From an uncultured Acidobacteriota bacterium (GTDB taxonomy: Bacteria > Acidobacteriota > Thermoanaerobaculia > UBA5066 > DATFVB01): a stretch of 64,000 bases of DNA. Both the position numbers and the translations under genes were made by a program. Shown one piece after another: positions 60,641-64,000 of this stretch (position 1 is its first letter; each line of letters opens with the position of its first letter). Where the stretch lies: positions 32,001-96,000 of the forward strand of contig CAWEYG010000002.1 in the NCBI GenBank assembly GCA_963813155.1, written 5' to 3'. The notes under the pieces are model-generated. The model ran no database searches. It saw only the letters and a program-made list of their open reading frames with translations, and was not told where the DNA came from.

Positions 60641-61658
60641 CACGGACCCCCACCGCCTTCCACGCGTCCCGGACCGCCTTCTGCTCCGCCTTCCCCGGCC
60701 CGTAGAGCTCGGCGGAGATGGATATCGTCGCGGCCGCGGCTTCTTTGAACGTCGAGGTGTGCGTCAGTCTCTGCGTCAGCGCGACGTACCAGATCTGCCC
60801 CGCCTTCTCCCAGGAGTTCCCCCCGATCGCGATCGCGGCGAGCGCGAACGCCCGGTTCGGGATCCCGGAGTTGATGTGCACGCCCCCGTTGTCGTCGTAC
60901 CCGTCGTAGAAGCCCCTCATGTTCGCCGGCTGTGGGTCTTTCCCGAGGACGGGGTCGTCGTAGGCGGTGCCAGGCTCCGTCATCGAGCGCAGCGCGACCC
61001 CCTTCACCTTTTTCGTGAAGAGCCCCGCGCCGATCAGCCAATCGGCCTTCGCCGCCGCCTGCTTCCCCCTCCACTGCTTGACCATCGACCCGAAGACGTC
61101 GGAGAAGCTTTCGTTCAGGGCGCCCGGCTGCCCCTCGTAGTCGAAGTTCGCTTCCGTCCCGGTCACGCCGTGCGTCAGCTCGTGCCCGATGACGTCGACC
61201 GCCAGGGTGAACCGGTTGAAGATCGTTCCGTCGCCGTCGCCGTACACCATCTGCGAACCGTTCCAGAACGCGTTGTCGTACTTGTGTCCGTAGTGCACGG
61301 AGGAGTCGAGCCGCATTCCCCTTCCGTCGATCGAGTTGCGGCAGAAGATCTTCTCGTAAAAATCGTACGTCGTGCCGGCGCCGTCGTAGGCCTCGTTGAC
61401 CGCGGCGTCCTTCGATTTCGCGCCGTCCTCGCCGCGGACGAGGTTGCCCGGCAGGACCTCGCTTCCGTGCTCGTCGTAGACCGTTCGGCGCTCCTCCCCC
61501 GCCGGGACCGCCGGACACGTTGCGCCGAGGACATCGCGGTGGCCGCGCAGCCGGGCGGTGAGGAGTCTCGTCGCGTCGGCGCACGCGCGCTCGGCGGGAG
61601 TCCCGTTCTTCGAGATCCGGTCGAGGATGTACGGCGGGACGATGAATCGCACCGTCAT
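60640..61658 (-). CDS. Protealysin-like M4 metalloprotease (probable stop at 60640, out of frame by an apparent indel)
   Basis: IVPPYIL propeptide motif, NAFWNG, HELTH, GALNES, GGVHINSGIPN; no signal peptide. Confidence 0.9.
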
Positions 61659-62128
61659 TTCGACGTCTCCACCTTCAGCTCGACACGGCGCAGCCCGCTC
61701 GCGAGCCCGGTCTGTGAGTCGAACTCGATCGCGTAGAGCCCGGGCGACAGCTCTTCCGGAGAAGCGAGCACGCCCTTGAACGCGGCGGCCGCCCGGCCGA
61801 GCCCGCCGACGGCTGTCAGGATCTCGGCGGCTCCATTCGTCCGGGAATCGCCGATCGAGGTCAGGTTCCAACCCTGGTCCAGCGTCGCTTTCGCGTCGAC
61901 CCCGTTGAAGCCGGCCCGCACCCGAAACGCATACTCCTCGTTCGTCTTCGGCAGGTAGATGACCGTCGTCTCGATCGATCCCTTCGCGTCGGTCACGAGC
62001 AGGTACGGCTGGGGCCGGTAGAACCGGGCTCCTCCCTTGTAGTCCGCGTCCGACGCAACCCTTTGAATGGAAACGCCCGCGCACCCGGCGAGGCAGAACA
62101 GAACGGGGAAAAACCGACAAATCTTCAT
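61655..62128 (-). CDS. Hypothetical lipoprotein
   Basis: CLAGC lipobox; RFYRPQPYLLV...IYLP...GWNLTS; stop overlaps the protease ATG. Confidence 0.75.
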   Translation of the reverse strand: MKICRFFPVLFCLAGCAGVSIQRVASDADYKGGARFYRPQPYLLVTDAKGSIETTVIYLPKTNEEYAFRVRAGFNGVDAKATLDQGWNLTSIGDSRTNGAAEILTAVGGLGRAAAAFKGVLASPEELSPGLYAIEFDSQTGLASGLRRVELKVETSK

Positions 62129-62241
62129 CGCCATTGGAGCTCTCCTTGGCCTACCCATCGCGCCCCCGTGGAAATGGGGACACGGAAAACGGAGAAGCGT
62201 CCGTCCTAAACAACTTCCGGGGGCGTACGTACCTCAAAGGG

Positions 62242-63255
62242 ATGAGCTCCCGGCCAATCCCCGTCTCTCCGGCGCCTCCCTCCCGCGGGACCGTGGAAGG
62301 CATCGCGATCCAGTGGCTCTTCGACAGCTCGACCATTCGGATTACGCGCTGGGATTGCGTCGTCGGAAAAGGCGGATTGACGCCGGAGCGGCATCAGCTG
62401 TGGAACGTGATCGGGTTCGCGCACCGCGGCGCCTACCGCGTGCATTCCCCCGGTGGGGCGAGCCTGATCGACTCGACGCGGACCGCCCTGTTCAACCCGT
62501 ACGCCGCATACCAGACGTCCCACCCGTGCGGCTTCGGCGACCGCGGCAGCTCGCTTGTCGTTCGCACGGACGTCCTGCTCGAGGCGATCGAGCGTTTCGA
62601 TCCGTCCGTCCGCGAGCGGCCCGAAACGCCGTTCCTCTCTTCGAGCGCGCCGTGTTCGCCCCGAAACTACCTCCTTCAGAGGATGCTCGTCCGGCAACTG
62701 GAGCGGGCGCGGACGCTCGACCCGGTCCGGCGCGAGGAGGTCGGGATCGATCCGATCTCGGTCGAGGAGACGGCCCTGGAGCTCGTGGGCGAAGTCGCGC
62801 GGGCGGGCTTCTCCTCGGCCCGCCGGCCGGCGCGGGCGTCGACGCGGTTCCAGCGGGAGGCCGTCGAGAGAGCCCGCGACGCGCTCGCCGGCAGCTTCCG
62901 CCGGGCCCACCGTCTCGACGACGTGGCGCGGGCCGCCGGCAGCTCCCCGTTCTACCTGTGCCGCAGCTTCAAGGAAGAAACGGGACGCCCCCTTCGCAGC
63001 TACCTTACGGCGCTGAGGCTGCGGGCTTCGCTCGACCGCGTGCCCGACCGCTCCGCCGATCTCACCGACGTCGCGCTCGACCTCGGGTTCCCGAGCCACA
63101 GCTATTTCACGGAGTGCTTCCGCCGCGAGTTCGGAATCACGCCGACGACCCTGCGCCGCACCGCCACCCTCGGGCGGCTCCGGGAGCTCGCCGCGGCCCT
63201 CGACGGCCGGGCCGCACGGGCTGCTCGCGGGGGGCGCCGAGCACGTTTCCGATAG
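62242..63255 (+). CDS. AraC family transcriptional regulator
   Basis: LDDVARAAGSSPFYLCRSFKEETG and LTDVALDLGFPSHSYFTECFRREFGITP double HTH. Confidence 0.92.
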   Translation: MSSRPIPVSPAPPSRGTVEGIAIQWLFDSSTIRITRWDCVVGKGGLTPERHQLWNVIGFAHRGAYRVHSPGGASLIDSTRTALFNPYAAYQTSHPCGFGDRGSSLVVRTDVLLEAIERFDPSVRERPETPFLSSSAPCSPRNYLLQRMLVRQLERARTLDPVRREEVGIDPISVEETALELVGEVARAGFSSARRPARASTRFQREAVERARDALAGSFRRAHRLDDVARAAGSSPFYLCRSFKEETGRPLRSYLTALRLRASLDRVPDRSADLTDVALDLGFPSHSYFTECFRREFGITPTTLRRTATLGRLRELAAALDGRAARAARGGRRARFR

Positions 63256-63289
63256 CGGTTTCGCGCGCCGCCGCGGTCTACTCCTCGCC

Positions 63290-64000
63290 ATGAGCGACCG
63301 ACTCTTTCTGCTGGCGCTCCTGATCGCCGGAGGGGTCCGCGCGGCGGCCACGCAGATCCCCGAGATCCCGCCGCGGGAAAAGGAGGTGCGCATGGCGCTC
63401 TCCGCCGCGCCGGAGCACCTGCGCGAACGGGCCGGCGTTTACGCGCTGGAGAAAGACGGCTTCGTGAAGGTCCGCGACTCGCAGAACGGCTTCACCTGCA
63501 TCGTCAACCGCGACCATCCCCTGAACATCAAGCCGACCTGCTACGACGCGGAGGGGACGGCGACGATCCTTCCGAAGGTCCTCTTCGTCGGGGAGATGCT
63601 CATGAAGGGAACGCCCCTGGCGGAGATCAGCGACGCCGTCCGAAAGGGATTCGAGACCGGAAAGTTCATCTCGCCGCGGCGGGCCGGCATCGCGTACATG
63701 CTGTCGGGAGACATCCGCAACTTCAACCCGAGGACCGGCCAGACCGGGTCGTTTCCGCCGCACGTGATGTTCTACGCCCCGAACCTGACGAACGAGGACA
63801 TCGGCTCGAAAGGCGATGGCGAAGGCGGCCTGCCGTTCATCGCGTACCAGGGGCCGCAGGGCTACATGATCATGATGCCTTCGGAACCGATGGCGGAAGG
63901 ACCGAAGGAGAAGGACACCCCGCACGGAGGCCCCGCGCGTCTCGCAGTGGGAGACCCCGCCGTTACGGGATCGCAATTGAAACCCTACACGAACCTCTGG
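63290..64000 (+). CDS. Secreted hypothetical protein (open to window end)
   Basis: Manual translation: signal peptide, ALSAAPEHLR, NGFTC, PTCYD, GIAYMLS, FPPHVMFYAP; not in ORF track. Confidence 0.75.
   Translation, partial: MSDRLFLLALLIAGGVRAAATQIPEIPPREKEVRMALSAAPEHLRERAGVYALEKDGFVKVRDSQNGFTCIVNRDHPLNIKPTCYDAEGTATILPKVLFVGEMLMKGTPLAEISDAVRKGFETGKFISPRRAGIAYMLSGDIRNFNPRTGQTGSFPPHVMFYAPNLTNEDIGSKGDGEGGLPFIAYQGPQGYMIMMPSEPMAEGPKEKDTPHGGPARLAVGDPAVTGSQLKPYTNLW

Noticed and set aside
59886-62120. 744-aa ORF as a multi-domain M4 protease
   Set aside because: Its N-terminus is an off-frame reading of the lipoprotein gene and its middle translates repeat element D; the protease family ends at WKAVGV
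1-64000. tRNA, rRNA, known riboswitch, integrase or transposase genes
   Set aside because: None recognised by eye; a tRNAscan-SE/Infernal scan would be needed to exclude them formally

Overview
High-GC bacterial chromosomal segment. Gene content and secreted-protein families suggest Acidobacteriota, possibly Thermoanaerobaculia (inference). At least 15 genes carry single-base frameshifts, most likely long-read errors, so several ORF-track entries are false fusions or fragments. In order, it contains: a divergent heme cluster (hemH-hemN-hemE <> ccsA/hemX-hemA-hemC), a BrnT/BrnA toxin-antitoxin pair, peptidases (DUF885, S9), a DUF559 endonuclease among palindromic repeats, plsC <> mlaEFD followed by UDP-glucuronate enzymes and an M16 pair, an FHA-RDD fusion, uvrA, two secreted beta-propellers, acnA, small stress/envelope proteins, mscL, an atypical P450, mscS, two diguanylate cyclases, a collagen-like BclB-type surface protein, an ABC-2 exporter, ptrB, an FAD monooxygenase, a secreted peroxiredoxin, a protealysin-like M4 protease and an AraC regulator. 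No rRNA, tRNA, CRISPR array or transposase was seen. Main findings beyond the ORF track: (1) a secreted thioredoxin-fold selenoprotein with an in-frame UGA in a UxxC motif and a SECIS-like hairpin (59492-59854); (2) four related, modular, highly structured MITE-like intergenic elements that begin at stop codons; (3) a REP-like repeat family concentrated around the DUF559 nuclease; (4) about six sigma54 promoters before envelope/stress genes; (5) repeated leaderless-gene architecture.
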